Positions 49,145 to 60,158 of a stretch of DNA of 64,000 nt are shown here, piece after piece. Origin of the DNA: Candidatus Poribacteria bacterium (GTDB lineage Bacteria > Poribacteria > WGA-4E > PCPOR2b); NCBI GenBank assembly GCA_965116925.1, contig OZ220744.1, forward strand, positions 224,001-288,000, written 5' to 3'. Numbering within the stretch: position 1 is the first letter of the stretch; every line of letters begins with the position of its first letter. The notes under the pieces are model-generated. The model did not search any database. It saw only the letters and a program-made list of their open reading frames with translations, and was not told the DNA's origin. The translations under genes and the position numbers were made by a program.

Positions 49145-49924
49145 ATGCCAATCGATATTGACGAGTGCGTCGCAGAAATTCTGGACATCGGACACTGCAT
49201 CCTACCGGGCCATTTTCCTCGGAGGGAACTTGAAGAATGCCGTCAAGCGTTTGAGCCGCTACTGCAAGATGTCGCCACCCGTATTCCCGAAGGCAACCGC
49301 GGACCCAATCGATGGGCGATTGGATTGCCCTTCGCGCCGCCGTTCTATCACTCCGCCTTCTTCAACGACGACACAGTAATCGAGATTATCAGCCGCATCT
49401 TGGGTGAGGACATGCACATCTCCTATTACGGCACGGACACACCGATACAGGGATCGGAATATCAGCATGTCCACGCAGATCTACCTTTTCTGTTCAAAGA
49501 AGAGCCAGCACATCGCCATCCACCCGCGCTGCTGTCCGTGCGATTTACGTTCATTGATATGACCCTCGAGAACGGTCCCTTTGAAGTCGCAGAACGCACC
49601 CAACATCTGCCCCGAACCGAGACGCTGGAAAGAGCTAATGCGGGCAAGATCGCTCTCAAGCCTTTGCTACTCAAAGCCGGCGACGTACTAATCTCCGATC
49701 CACGTACCATCCACCGTGGCACACCCAACCGCACTAGTACATCCCGCCCCTTTGCCGTTATTGTTCACAATCGCCACTGGTACAATATCAGCCGTGAACG
49801 ACTGGAGGCAAACGAAGACACGCCAATGCTGACCGAGGCGTTCTATGGCACATTGTCGCAGCGGGAACAAAACCTACTGCGAAAAGTCCCTAGAATACCT
49901 TCTGGCAGTACCCCACCTCCGTAG
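49145..49924 (+). CDS. PhyH family dioxygenase
   Basis: QHVHAD, ENGPFE, AGDVLI..TIHRG. Confidence 0.88.
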   Translation: MPIDIDECVAEILDIGHCILPGHFPRRELEECRQAFEPLLQDVATRIPEGNRGPNRWAIGLPFAPPFYHSAFFNDDTVIEIISRILGEDMHISYYGTDTPIQGSEYQHVHADLPFLFKEEPAHRHPPALLSVRFTFIDMTLENGPFEVAERTQHLPRTETLERANAGKIALKPLLLKAGDVLISDPRTIHRGTPNRTSTSRPFAVIVHNRHWYNISRERLEANEDTPMLTEAFYGTLSQREQNLLRKVPRIPSGSTPPP

Positions 49925-49991
49925 GCGAGGCATCTTGCCCCGCCAAATATGCCACAATGATTTTTCGGATAGGCTTTAAAAGGCGGTCAAT

Positions 49992-52900
49992 CTACAATTT
50001 TTTCTGCGTCTGCTCGGATAACGCTTTGAAATACTGCTGAATCAGTTCTCGATACTGCGGTGGCAAACTTTCCTGCTCCCCGGACCTGAGATTTGATTCA
50101 ATCTGCTGTATGGTTTCTAGCAACTTGGGGTCGAGTGGTGGCGCACCATCTCCGGCGGCTGTTGGTGTTTTGGCAACTGCACTCTTTCTTCTTTTGCTGA
50201 CCTCTCGCTTCTGCAACGATTTGGAACTTTCGAGCATCCGTGTCAAGATTTCCCGCTGTTTGTCTAGCACTTGCTGATTTAGGTTGCCTTGCTGAAGTTT
50301 GCCTTCCACCTCTTTCATCTCTTCAGCGATACTGTTGAGATCGCCGAGCATTTCTGACAGTCTTTCCATCATGTCCGCTACCCGTTCTGTGGCTTCCCGA
50401 ATCATCTGCTGCTCGTACGCCATCCGCTGCAGCATCTGTTCGTTGCTTGGCGTGCGTCCTTGTCTCCGCATCTGCTGGTTCAGCTGCTGTGCCATTTCGT
50501 TCAGTTGTCCCTGACTTTGCGCCAGTTGTTCAAGTTGTTCCAGCATATTTTGCATCCCGGCTTCCCCCATCTGTTGATTCATCTGATCCATTGCTTCGAG
50601 CAGATCCGCAATAGATTGATTGAGGTCTGCCAATCCCTGCTTCTGGATCGGGACAGCGAGGTTCGGCTTCCTATCTTCCAAAGCTCGTGCAGAACGTTCA
50701 AAGGCATCCGCGGCAGCGTTAAGCCGCCAAACGGTTTTAGGGTCAATCTGCATCTGGTTCGTGCCTAATTCCCAAAGCCGATCCGCCAGCAGGTTAAGAC
50801 CCGCTGCTAGTCCTAATTCACTCGCTGCGAGTCCCTGCAACTGCTTAACTTCACCCGGCAAATACTGTCCATGTCCAGATTGCAAAATTTCGTCGGTCCC
50901 CTCAATCGCTTCCTCGTGGGTTCTTGAAAGATAGAGACCGCTCCGCACCGCGTCGCGTATTGCGGTCAAAGTCTCCTCTGCATTTCCACCTTCCATAAAC
51001 TCTAACGCATTATCCAGTCCTTGATGCAGTTCGGTAAGTCCTTGCTGCGCCGCCGCTCCAGACTCCATTGCGCGCTGCATCTGATTGCCACGAATTTGTT
51101 GGGTTGCGGATCGAAGATCTTGCGCGATCTGTACGTCTCGTGCGAATTGATTTAGCCGTTTGATTTCATCAGCAACCCGTTTGAGATTCTCTAATTCTGA
51201 CATCTCCTCCCCGAGTTCATTGAGAGTTTGGTGCAGGTCCTCCATCCCTTCCGCAATACGTTCTTCTTGCTGGGCAAGTTGTTTTGGATCCGATCGGGGC
51301 GTGTCGGCACCCTGGACCTCATCTAGCGCACTGTTCTGATCAACTTGGTCAGCGAGATCTCTCAACTGTTCCATTAGACGTTCTTGGCGTTCAGCGAGTT
51401 CCTTCGTCTGATTAACCGCCGCTTCTAGCTTCTGTTGAATGATCATCTGTTTATAGAGATCTTTCAGCCGATCAAGCTGCTGAAGAAACCGTTCTTGATT
51501 AAAGTGTGCTTCCATCAACTTCTGCTCCTGCTCAGATAGTTCCTGCATCTCTAACGCTTCTGCTAACTTACGCAACAACTCTTTATGCTCCTCCGAGAGT
51601 GCCTGATCTATCAACTCTTGCAACTCCTGAAACTTCTCTACCGTCTGCATATCGAACAGCTGTTGTTTCTCCATCTGATCAGCAGTCTGCTGCATCTCCT
51701 CACTTAGATTTTTCGCTGTTTTCTCAATCTCTTGCTGATTTTTGAGAACCTGTTCCATCAGTTTCTCATCTTTCAGGGTTAGCTCTTGGCTCTTCCGTAT
51801 CTTATCTAGTAGTTCATCGACTATCGCAGTTTGCTCCGCCTGAGCATCGTGTAACGCTTCAAGCCCTTGCATCTCGACTTCCTGCTCAAATTCGACCGCA
51901 TCGTAAAGTTCCGCTAGCGTGGGGAAACGGATCGAATAGATATTGGATTTGCCGATGTTTGGTCCAGAAACATTATCCGCATCAATTGCCTCGGCATGGT
52001 AAGAGATGATATCTCCCGGATACAGTCCTAGAGGATCGATGTCCCAAGGAAATTCGATAAAGACTAGCGTATCCGTTGGATCCCACGTTTTCAAAGGCAC
52101 TATTACGTCATCGTCTGTACCCTCAACCCGATAAACAAGCTGAATTTTCTCCACACCGTAGTCATCTTTCGCATCGAGTTGCAGAGAAACAATCATCGAG
52201 TCGTCAAGCACAACATCTTTCCCCGGTGCAACAATCTCGATTTGAGGTTCAGCGTCCTCAATCGCGTGAATCGTGTACGCAATCGGTTGTGAGTTTGAAA
52301 TGTTATCGACATCAATTAGTTCAATATGATACTTCTCGCTACGCTGAACGATAAAGCTGCCGGATAACCGGGTGCCTTCTGAGACTGTAAGTTTGACTGG
52401 ATCCGATTCTTCAAAAACCAGTCTCGCCGAGGCGATGGGTTGATTTCCGTCTCCCTCAAAATGAACCATTGTTCCAATAAGGGTGGTGACATCGCCGAGA
52501 TTTTCCTCAACTATCTGCGGGGAAAGTTGCGTGTATTTCGGGTAGTTGAGTTTAAGTTGGAAGCGACTTAGGATTGGGGCGCGAGTCACAGTGATATGAA
52601 AACGTTCTGATTGTTCTTCTTTCACCACGATGTAATATTCCATTGATTGCGTGACATTTTTGAACGTGAAGCGGTAGGCGATTTCAGTTTCATTTCTTGT
52701 CATCACAAGATTACGCCACGCGCTCACCGATGCCATCGTTTCACCTCCACCGCCGACCCGATAATAGAGATGCACAGGGGCCCCAAAGTGCCCCGTCACT
52801 TTCGCGGTGATAGTAACATCCGTCCCTGATTGTATTCGTAGGTTCCCCGGCTGGACCTCATCAATCTGGACGACCAGAATATCCTGCGGCGTTTTAGGTA

Positions 52901-53507
52901 GTTCGTCAAATGCTTGTGCAAAATCCTTTGCTGCGGACGGAAAAATGAAAAGAGTAATAAGCAGCAGCGCGACAGCGATAAGGGCAAAACCACCATACCG
53001 CTTGAGTTTCATAAACTCTTGCAAGAAGACTTTCCTGCTTTCAATCTCGTCCATCAATTGATGTGTGCTTTCAATTAACCTCTCTATGAATCCTAAGGCA
53101 TAGCCGAAGCGGTTGTTCTCCATTTCTGGCTTGAGTTGGATGGTACTCAAAATACGGTTTTCAAATCCGGGATAGCGGTTTTCAACATAAGCAGCCACAC
53201 GGGCGTGTGTTAGCTTTTGGAATACAGGTTGAATTAGATAGCGAAACGCTGCGTACACACCGATCCCTAACCACAGCAACACTATGCCCATACGGAGAAG
53301 GCGTGGTAAAGGCAGAACCTGATCAATTATAAAAACAAGGGCAAGAGCGAAGGCAATCGTACCCAACCACCGAAGTAAACTGTGGGAGAAAAGCAGCAAT
53401 CGCCACTGCTTTCGCAATGAGCGCAGCCGATTAATAATTTCTTGATAGCTTTGTTCCGTATTTGAGTTCGACACGGTATAATCTCCATTCTTTTGTACCC
53501 TTTTCAT
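49992..53507 (-). CDS. DUF4175-like membrane-anchored coiled-coil protein
   Basis: N-terminal TMs, PKYT, DDYGV, long Q/E-rich helices, LPPQYRELIQQYFKAL. Confidence 0.75.
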   Translation of the reverse strand: MKRVQKNGDYTVSNSNTEQSYQEIINRLRSLRKQWRLLLFSHSLLRWLGTIAFALALVFIIDQVLPLPRLLRMGIVLLWLGIGVYAAFRYLIQPVFQKLTHARVAAYVENRYPGFENRILSTIQLKPEMENNRFGYALGFIERLIESTHQLMDEIESRKVFLQEFMKLKRYGGFALIAVALLLITLFIFPSAAKDFAQAFDELPKTPQDILVVQIDEVQPGNLRIQSGTDVTITAKVTGHFGAPVHLYYRVGGGGETMASVSAWRNLVMTRNETEIAYRFTFKNVTQSMEYYIVVKEEQSERFHITVTRAPILSRFQLKLNYPKYTQLSPQIVEENLGDVTTLIGTMVHFEGDGNQPIASARLVFEESDPVKLTVSEGTRLSGSFIVQRSEKYHIELIDVDNISNSQPIAYTIHAIEDAEPQIEIVAPGKDVVLDDSMIVSLQLDAKDDYGVEKIQLVYRVEGTDDDVIVPLKTWDPTDTLVFIEFPWDIDPLGLYPGDIISYHAEAIDADNVSGPNIGKSNIYSIRFPTLAELYDAVEFEQEVEMQGLEALHDAQAEQTAIVDELLDKIRKSQELTLKDEKLMEQVLKNQQEIEKTAKNLSEEMQQTADQMEKQQLFDMQTVEKFQELQELIDQALSEEHKELLRKLAEALEMQELSEQEQKLMEAHFNQERFLQQLDRLKDLYKQMIIQQKLEAAVNQTKELAERQERLMEQLRDLADQVDQNSALDEVQGADTPRSDPKQLAQQEERIAEGMEDLHQTLNELGEEMSELENLKRVADEIKRLNQFARDVQIAQDLRSATQQIRGNQMQRAMESGAAAQQGLTELHQGLDNALEFMEGGNAEETLTAIRDAVRSGLYLSRTHEEAIEGTDEILQSGHGQYLPGEVKQLQGLAASELGLAAGLNLLADRLWELGTNQMQIDPKTVWRLNAAADAFERSARALEDRKPNLAVPIQKQGLADLNQSIADLLEAMDQMNQQMGEAGMQNMLEQLEQLAQSQGQLNEMAQQLNQQMRRQGRTPSNEQMLQRMAYEQQMIREATERVADMMERLSEMLGDLNSIAEEMKEVEGKLQQGNLNQQVLDKQREILTRMLESSKSLQKREVSKRRKSAVAKTPTAAGDGAPPLDPKLLETIQQIESNLRSGEQESLPPQYRELIQQYFKALSEQTQKKL

Positions 53508-54218
53508 TTAATGCGTCAATACATAAACCGCAATATTAATTGCCATCTTCGCAGCCAGCTCGCGAACCTGCGGCGTATCTTTGGGGTGGACCTTCGGATC
53601 TTCCAGACCATCCCCAATATCTGAACTGTAGACGTAATAAACGACCATTCGACCTTCGTGGAATAACCCTAACCCTTGCGCGGGTTCTCCATCATGTTCA
53701 TGGATCTTTGGAAGTCCATTGGGAAAATCGTAGAAACAGTGGTAGATGAGGTGTGAATTCGGTATAGGTTGCAAGGATTGATCAGGAAACACGCGGCGTA
53801 TTTCACGACGAAAACTTTCATCTAACCCGTAATCATCATTCACAAAGAGGAAGCCGCCGTGGGTCAAATAGAAACGTAATGCCTCGACCTCTTCCTTACT
53901 GAAGCGAATGTTACCATGCCCCACAATGTAGAGCATCGGGTATTGGTACAGATTCCGATCCGTCAATTTCACAATAACACGTTCTTCTGCTGCCTCAATA
54001 TCCGTTCTGGCGCGAAGAATTTTCAGCCAATTGGAAATGGTGGTCTGATCGCCGTACCAATCGCCACCTCCGCCATATTGAACTTGAGCGATAACAAACT
54101 TCTCACCAGCACTTTGGGCGGATCCGATCACTAGAACGATACTCAACATAACGCAAAATATGAAACGTAATACCCAATTCATTTGATGCCAAGTTGTTTT
54201 ATCCATCATATCTCCCAA
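53508..54218 (-). CDS. DUF4159-like domain protein
   Basis: YGGGGDWY, YPMLYIVGHG, GGFLFVNDDYG, LPKIHEHD. Confidence 0.8.
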   Translation of the reverse strand: MGDMMDKTTWHQMNWVLRFIFCVMLSIVLVIGSAQSAGEKFVIAQVQYGGGGDWYGDQTTISNWLKILRARTDIEAAEERVIVKLTDRNLYQYPMLYIVGHGNIRFSKEEVEALRFYLTHGGFLFVNDDYGLDESFRREIRRVFPDQSLQPIPNSHLIYHCFYDFPNGLPKIHEHDGEPAQGLGLFHEGRMVVYYVYSSDIGDGLEDPKVHPKDTPQVRELAAKMAINIAVYVLTH

Positions 54219-56480
54219 CTACACCAGCCCTCTCCGCATCCGCAAAAACCATTCCGTCCCCAAGAACCCGACCGCAAGGATTAGGACGATTGGGTTATCC
54301 CACAACTCACGTTCCTGAACCGCAAAGACCGATTCTTGAACCGGCTTGATCTTGTCGGGTAGCGATGCAGCGGTGGCAATTGAGACATAGTGACCGCCGG
54401 TTTTGGCTGCGAGTTGTTTAAGCAGACCTTCGTTGAGTTCTGGATTCTCAAACTCTGCCAATGGAGATTCGACAAAGATTTCTGTTGAATCCTCACCGAG
54501 CGAGACAGAGCGATCTACACCTGAAGCACGAATATAGTACGCCCCTTTTTGGGTTGCACCGAACTGGGCACGATAGGTGCCAGGGCTCTGTGAACCTACA
54601 CTGGTTCGGACTTGAAAATACTTTCCGTCCGGCGGTGTCACTTCTATTTTAAGATCTGCAGCAACCATCGGCTGATAGCTCTCATTATAGGCATACGCGA
54701 TGATTTGGACTTCATTGCCAACTGAGTAGGTTGTCAAATCTGTAGTGACATTGATCCGTTTGGTATCTGTCCGTGTTGCCATCCAGCGAATCGTCTGCCC
54801 CCAAAAGCGAGGATAAGTATCGTCCTCATCTTTGAAACTCCATACACCAAATCCCCAATTCCACAGTCCTTCAGCAGCAATTAGAAGACTTTTTCCCAAT
54901 CCTGAACGTTGAAAAATCATGATTGGCAACCTCGTTTGATTTCTGTCTGAGTGATACTCAGCGAGTGTTGTCGCCCCGCCTTTGAGCTGAAATCCACCCA
55001 ACCAGCGCGATAACGGCGGTAAATCGCGCCATAAGGCTTCGACTTTTGTTTGTGTATCTCCCAAACGGGTGATCGGATGGTACATACCCTGTTGCGTCAA
55101 TTGAAGACTAAAGTCCTCGTCTCGCACGTAACAACCGTTGGGAGGGATGACAATCGGCAGAAGTGCAGCAAGCTTAGTTTTTCTAAAACCATCGTGACCG
55201 AGTGAGTGGCGACCACCGAGAAATATAACTGCTTTCCCCGCTTTTTCGACAAAATCGACAATCGCTGTGTGCTGTTGTGGAGTTAACGTGCTTGAGCGGA
55301 GATCGCCGATGATAAGTACATCGTAAAATAGTAAGTCATCTAGCGTTTTTGGAAATTGAGGCATACGGGATCGCTGAGTTATCTGCGGATAATGCCGATC
55401 GTAACGGGCTAACAGTGTTCCACGGAGTTGGTTCAGTGATCTGCTTGATAGGATAACACAGGTCGAATCAATGTTTGGATCGCGTTCTAGTGTGCGCTTG
55501 AGAAAAGCATATTCCCAGCCGGGCTGTCCTTCAATGTAAAGCAGGTGTAACTTGGTCTTAACCACTTTCAGTGGAAACGCTCGCGTATTGTTTTCGGCGG
55601 TTAACTCACCTTCAAGCACGGGAACGGAAACGACGTATTGAAAAATACCCTCCTCCTGAGGATTCAGAGCGAACTCAATCGTTTGTTTCGACTTATCCGT
55701 TAGTGTAATCGGCACCGAATCCACAACCTGATTATCCGTCATGAGTGAAACACGGGTCTGACTCCCTGAATAGCCTGCGTGATCCACAGTAACGCGAATC
55801 GGCACACTGTGCTCCGTGTAGGCGACAGGACTGACTTCAACTCCGGAGAGTTTGAGATCTCTTGGCGGTTCGGGATCGCCAACACCGACTACATAAATGG
55901 GAATCTGTGTTTCAGTTACCTGATCAACCACAGACGTTGAGGCGTTGTGCGCCCCATCGGTGAGCAGGACTACACCCGCAAGCAGTTGCCCCCGCCACTC
56001 CTTAGAAGCATCATTAATTGAGGTCGCAATATCCGTTAATCCTCCCACTGCATCAAGTGAGCTAGATTCACCGGAAATCTGGTGAGGTTGTTTATCAAAA
56101 CGGTACAGGTGAACGTCAAATCGGTCGGTTAGGGTGGAGAGAAAGTGACTGGCTGGATCAAATAAGATACGGTTCACAAGATCTAGTCGTGTTGAAAACT
56201 GTCCCTCCAGCTCTACATCTTTAAGTTGCATGCTTTGAGAGGTATCCGCAAGAACCAACAAATTTGTTGGTGGAGTGATATCTTTTCGCTCAATCAGCAC
56301 CGGTTCAAGCAGACAAATCAACAGCACGAGTGCTGCCAAAATTCGTAAACCGATGAGAAGCACCCTAAACCTTTGACTCAGTGGCCGATTTAAGCGGAGA
56401 TACCCGTATGCTGTAATACCAGCCATGACGGCAAGTCCAAGCACAACCGCCCACCATGGCCACAGGTAAGTAAATCGCAT
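54219..56480 (-). CDS. Membrane-anchored vWA / Ig-like / GATase-like protein
   Basis: LADTSQSM, LLTDG, LYIEGQPGWEYAFL, YPRFWGQTIRW, EWFLRMRRGL. Confidence 0.8.
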   Translation of the reverse strand: MRFTYLWPWWAVVLGLAVMAGITAYGYLRLNRPLSQRFRVLLIGLRILAALVLLICLLEPVLIERKDITPPTNLLVLADTSQSMQLKDVELEGQFSTRLDLVNRILFDPASHFLSTLTDRFDVHLYRFDKQPHQISGESSSLDAVGGLTDIATSINDASKEWRGQLLAGVVLLTDGAHNASTSVVDQVTETQIPIYVVGVGDPEPPRDLKLSGVEVSPVAYTEHSVPIRVTVDHAGYSGSQTRVSLMTDNQVVDSVPITLTDKSKQTIEFALNPQEEGIFQYVVSVPVLEGELTAENNTRAFPLKVVKTKLHLLYIEGQPGWEYAFLKRTLERDPNIDSTCVILSSRSLNQLRGTLLARYDRHYPQITQRSRMPQFPKTLDDLLFYDVLIIGDLRSSTLTPQQHTAIVDFVEKAGKAVIFLGGRHSLGHDGFRKTKLAALLPIVIPPNGCYVRDEDFSLQLTQQGMYHPITRLGDTQTKVEALWRDLPPLSRWLGGFQLKGGATTLAEYHSDRNQTRLPIMIFQRSGLGKSLLIAAEGLWNWGFGVWSFKDEDDTYPRFWGQTIRWMATRTDTKRINVTTDLTTYSVGNEVQIIAYAYNESYQPMVAADLKIEVTPPDGKYFQVRTSVGSQSPGTYRAQFGATQKGAYYIRASGVDRSVSLGEDSTEIFVESPLAEFENPELNEGLLKQLAAKTGGHYVSIATAASLPDKIKPVQESVFAVQERELWDNPIVLILAVGFLGTEWFLRMRRGLV

Positions 56481-56562
56481 CAAAGTTCCTTCTTTGTTCC
56501 CAGTTATTTGATGAATTATACCCCATACCGAAAACACCGTCAACTGAAATGCTGGAGCGGAC

Positions 56563-56685
56563 TAGGGGCATTTAATTCTCTTATAGGAGCCCCCCCCCGA
56601 ATTCCGACGCTTCACTGTAGATGCGATTTCCCGGTTGCGACTTGCCAAACAAAATGGCTAAAAGGCCGAAAACTAAATGACCCTA
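56563..56685. mobile_element. MITE family 2 copy (inverted, degenerate)
   Basis: TAGGGGCATTTAATTCTC...GAAAACTAAATGACCCTA; no target duplication seen. Confidence 0.6.
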
Positions 56686-56703
56686 AAATTTTACTTTTAG
56701 GGG

Positions 56704-56732
56704 TTGACAAGGAAATCTATCTTCTGTAGAAT
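56704..56732 (+). promoter_or_regulatory. sigma70-type promoter
   Basis: TTGACA-N17-TAGAAT. Confidence 0.7.
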
Positions 56733-56872
56733 TAGCGTTGCATCGCCCATCCAACTGCATGTGCACTTATTACTTTAAGGCAAGAGCGTTTAGCTCTCCT
56801 GTAGGAGGGATCTCCGAATCCCGACACTCACTTTAAGATCAAACCATTGCTTCGTACCACGCGAGTAAGGGG

Positions 56873-57406
56873 GTGGAGTCAATTCAATCGTCACCCATAT
56901 TAGATAGAATTTACGCGATAACGCTCAGTTTCAGAGGAGAGATGATTCCAGCAGAGATTGTCCTTAGTCCCGAAACGCATCAAAAGATTGTAGAAGAATC
57001 GAACTTCCAACAGGGACTTGAGGCAAAAAAAGATCCGGTATCTGCGCTTAAAGGAGCTTTCTCAATTCCAATCACAATTCGAGAAGAAGACACAGACATT
57101 ATCGTTGTAAAAGGACTATATCCAAACCCTTGCCCGGTTTGTGGACGGCGCATTCCGTTTCTGCGAGAGATGATTGAACGGATTGAATCCCGTTCAATCA
57201 AACGTATCCGCTGTCCGTTGGGACACCGCTACGAGGGAGAAATCAAAGTATACTATCTGAACATCTTTCAGGAAAATCAATCGGAAGCTAAAGCAATCCA
57301 AGTATGCCCACAATGTGGGAGTGAAAATATACAGAATCTAAGTCAAACAGATATTTTCTGCCTCGATTGCGAATGGGATAACCTGAAATATATTCGCGAT
57401 TCTTAG
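56873..57406 (+). CDS. Hypothetical protein with two zinc ribbons
   Basis: CPVC/CPLGH and CPQC/CLDC. Confidence 0.7.
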   Translation: MESIQSSPILDRIYAITLSFRGEMIPAEIVLSPETHQKIVEESNFQQGLEAKKDPVSALKGAFSIPITIREEDTDIIVVKGLYPNPCPVCGRRIPFLREMIERIESRSIKRIRCPLGHRYEGEIKVYYLNIFQENQSEAKAIQVCPQCGSENIQNLSQTDIFCLDCEWDNLKYIRDS

Positions 57407-57569
57407 TGTGCGTGTTAATAGGAGAGGACGACGACAGAACAATAGTGGGAAAAGATGTGTCAATCTATACGGAAATAAAAAAGCCATGCTGCCATTATAT
57501 GACAGCATGGCTTTTTCGTGCCCTAATAACGGATTTCGGGGACAGGTTTGTGGAGTTAGCATGTGGTGA

Positions 57570-59213
57570 TTAATGGTGGTGGTGATGGTGTCCATGCCCA
57601 TGGTGGTGATGTCCATGGTCATCTGGTTCTTCCTCCACCTCTGTAATTAACGTTTCGGTTGTCAACAGCAATCCTGCCACACTCGCACCATTTTGGATTG
57701 CAGATCGTACCACCTTCGTCGGATCAACGATTCCTGCGTCAAGCAGATCGCCATACTCTCCGTTCGCAGCATTCAAGCCGTAACTTCCCTCACCGTCTTT
57801 GACTTTTGCAGCAACGACGGATCCTTCCAAGCCCGCGTTTTCAGCGATGGTTCGGATCGGCGATTCCAGAACTCTTCGGACAATGTTCACGCCGGTTTCT
57901 TGGTCGCCTTCAAGATGAAAATCTTCAAGTGCAGCACCGGCTCTTAACAATGCGATGCCACCACCCGCGACAATTCCCTCTTCAACAGCTGCACGGGTTG
58001 CAGACAAAGCATCTTCAAATCGTGCCTTTCTCTCTTTCATCTCAACTTCTGTCGCGGCACCGACATTAACAACGGCAACGCCGCCAGCGAGTTTCGCAAG
58101 GCGCTCCTCTAACTTCTCCCGATCATAATCAGAGGTCGTTTCCTCGATTTGTTGCCGAATCTGTCCAATCCGTGCCTGAACATCCTCTGCGGCACCAGTT
58201 CCGCCAACAATCGTTGTGTTATCCTTGTCAACGATAACACGTCTTGCACTGCCCAACATACCGGCTACAACATTTTCCAAACGGATGCCAATATCTTCTG
58301 AAATTACCTGACCACCGGTAAGAATACCGATATCTTCAAGCATCTCCTTGCGACGGTCTCCGAAGCCGGGAGCTTTCACTGCAACAACCCTAAGCCCACC
58401 ACGCAGTTTGTTCACAACCAACACCGCTAAAGCCTCTCCTTCAATATCTTCAGCAATAATCAGCAGCGGACGACCAAGTTGACCGACCTTTTCTAAAATT
58501 GGAACTAGATCCGTAACTGTACTAATTTTCTCAGTGTTAATCAGGACAAGCGGATCCTCCAGTTCAGCAACCATAGATTCGGGATCTGTCGCAAAATGGG
58601 GCGACAAGTAGCCGCGGTCAAATTGCATACCTTCAACAATATCGACCTCTGTTTCAGCACCCTTGCCATCTTCAATCGTAATTACGCCATCTTTTCCAAC
58701 TTTGTCCATCGCATTGGCAACCGTCTTTCCAATGTCGCTACGATTGGCGTTATCGTTGGCGGCAATTGATGCGACCTGTGCAATCTCATCGCTTGTGTTG
58801 ACTGATTTGCTCTGCTTCTGGAGTTCCCCAACAACAACTTCGGCGGCTTTATCAATCCCGATTTTCAGTTGCATCGGATCTGCTCCGGCGGCAACGTTTT
58901 TGAGTCCCTCGTGAACGATTTCTTGTGCCAATACGGTTGCCGTGGTTGTACCATCTCCCACCGCATCATTGGTCTTGGTTGCGACGGATTTCAGTAATTG
59001 CGCCCCCATATTCTCATAATGATCCGGGAGATCGATTTCTTTAGCCACCGTTACACCATCACTGGTAACCACGGGCGCGCCAAAGGATTTCTGGAGAACA
59101 ACATTCCTCCCTCGAGGTCCCAACGTGACCTTCACGGCGTTGGCTAGCGCATCTGCTCCCTCCTTAAGGGCATTCCTTGCTTCTACATCGAAGATCAGCT
59201 GTTTTACTGCCAT
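57570..59213 (-). CDS. groL: Chaperonin GroEL with His-rich tail
   Basis: [34 protein letters not shown]. Confidence 0.98.
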   Translation of the reverse strand: MAVKQLIFDVEARNALKEGADALANAVKVTLGPRGRNVVLQKSFGAPVVTSDGVTVAKEIDLPDHYENMGAQLLKSVATKTNDAVGDGTTTATVLAQEIVHEGLKNVAAGADPMQLKIGIDKAAEVVVGELQKQSKSVNTSDEIAQVASIAANDNANRSDIGKTVANAMDKVGKDGVITIEDGKGAETEVDIVEGMQFDRGYLSPHFATDPESMVAELEDPLVLINTEKISTVTDLVPILEKVGQLGRPLLIIAEDIEGEALAVLVVNKLRGGLRVVAVKAPGFGDRRKEMLEDIGILTGGQVISEDIGIRLENVVAGMLGSARRVIVDKDNTTIVGGTGAAEDVQARIGQIRQQIEETTSDYDREKLEERLAKLAGGVAVVNVGAATEVEMKERKARFEDALSATRAAVEEGIVAGGGIALLRAGAALEDFHLEGDQETGVNIVRRVLESPIRTIAENAGLEGSVVAAKVKDGEGSYGLNAANGEYGDLLDAGIVDPTKVVRSAIQNGASVAGLLLTTETLITEVEEEPDDHGHHHHGHGHHHHHH

Positions 59214-59399
59214 AGCGTTCCTCCTTAATTAATGTGCTGTAATCAATTTTAAGAGATGAGCGTGTGTTTCGCTTCATCTTGAGACAGGATCTGTGCACTT
59301 TGTTGGAAAGAATCCCGCCGTAGGACGGATTCTCGATAAACCCTACTAAAGACAGGTCCATAATAGAACAATATATAACAATTCCAAAAATCGGAACTT

Positions 59400-59426
59400 T
59401 TAGCACTCTCGCATAGTGAGTGCTAA
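59400..59426. promoter_or_regulatory. CIRCE element (HrcA operator)
   Basis: Perfect TTAGCACTC-N9-GAGTGCTAA upstream of groL. Confidence 0.95.
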
Positions 59427-59437
59427 AAGCAGGCGAA

Positions 59438-59466
59438 ATTATATCATTACTGTGTCCCAAAGTCAA
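59438..59466 (-). promoter_or_regulatory. sigma70-type promoter of groL
   Basis: TTGACT-N17-TATAAT just upstream of CIRCE. Confidence 0.8.
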
Positions 59467-59694
59467 CCTGAATCTCAGTCGGACTCAGGTTTATCGCTTG
59501 CCTCGACTAGTAATCCGTGATAAAATGAACTCACTAAATTGCCCATCACGGTGCATCAAACCCTGCGTGTGCCACAGATTGGGCAGTTTGTGCTTACAAT
59601 AAGTTGAGGGATTCACGAAATAACTCGAAAATCCGCCCATGTTGCCTCAATAGTAACTGATATATTGCTCTGATAGTCATTAGAATTGAGGTAT

Positions 59695-59803
59695 TATAGT
59701 GAATTCAAAAAATAAAGAAACACTTGCGCCCCCCCATGTTTGGTAGGCGCTGTTTCCAACTGCGCCGGTTCGGAGTGTCCCATTAATTCTAAAATCTACT
59801 ATA
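59695..59803. mobile_element. MITE family 1 copy
   Basis: Very similar to 27111-27218. Confidence 0.85.
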
Positions 59804-60158
59804 GTTCAATATGGAGCAACCGAAAAAACGTAAGGCACCGAAAAAAGTTATCTCCCTGATCATTTGCTTAATCAATGGTATAATCCTTGCTTCCACGATA
59901 ACAGTGATGCACCTAATTTCCGGTTTGATATATAGTGACTGCTAAAAGTAAGTGGATATTTACCAATAACTCTAACCTACGCAAAGTTTCCAAAGTCCCC
60001 CTGAGAACCTGAGGTGGCGCGGAGGTGAGGGGACAATAAACAGCAGGTGTGAAAGGGTATGGGGGAGAAAGGTTAAAAGCATTAGCACTTCCTCACACAC
60101 TCGCTCCCCCACATACTCGCTTCCTCGCTTCCACCTGATATGGAAAGGAGCATGAAAA

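Noticed and set aside
59214..59399. groES upstream of groL
   Set aside because: Too short and no GroES-like translation
60041..60140. Imperfect inverted repeat before the ABC permease
   Set aside because: Low-complexity purine/pyrimidine tracts with no recognisable RNA motif
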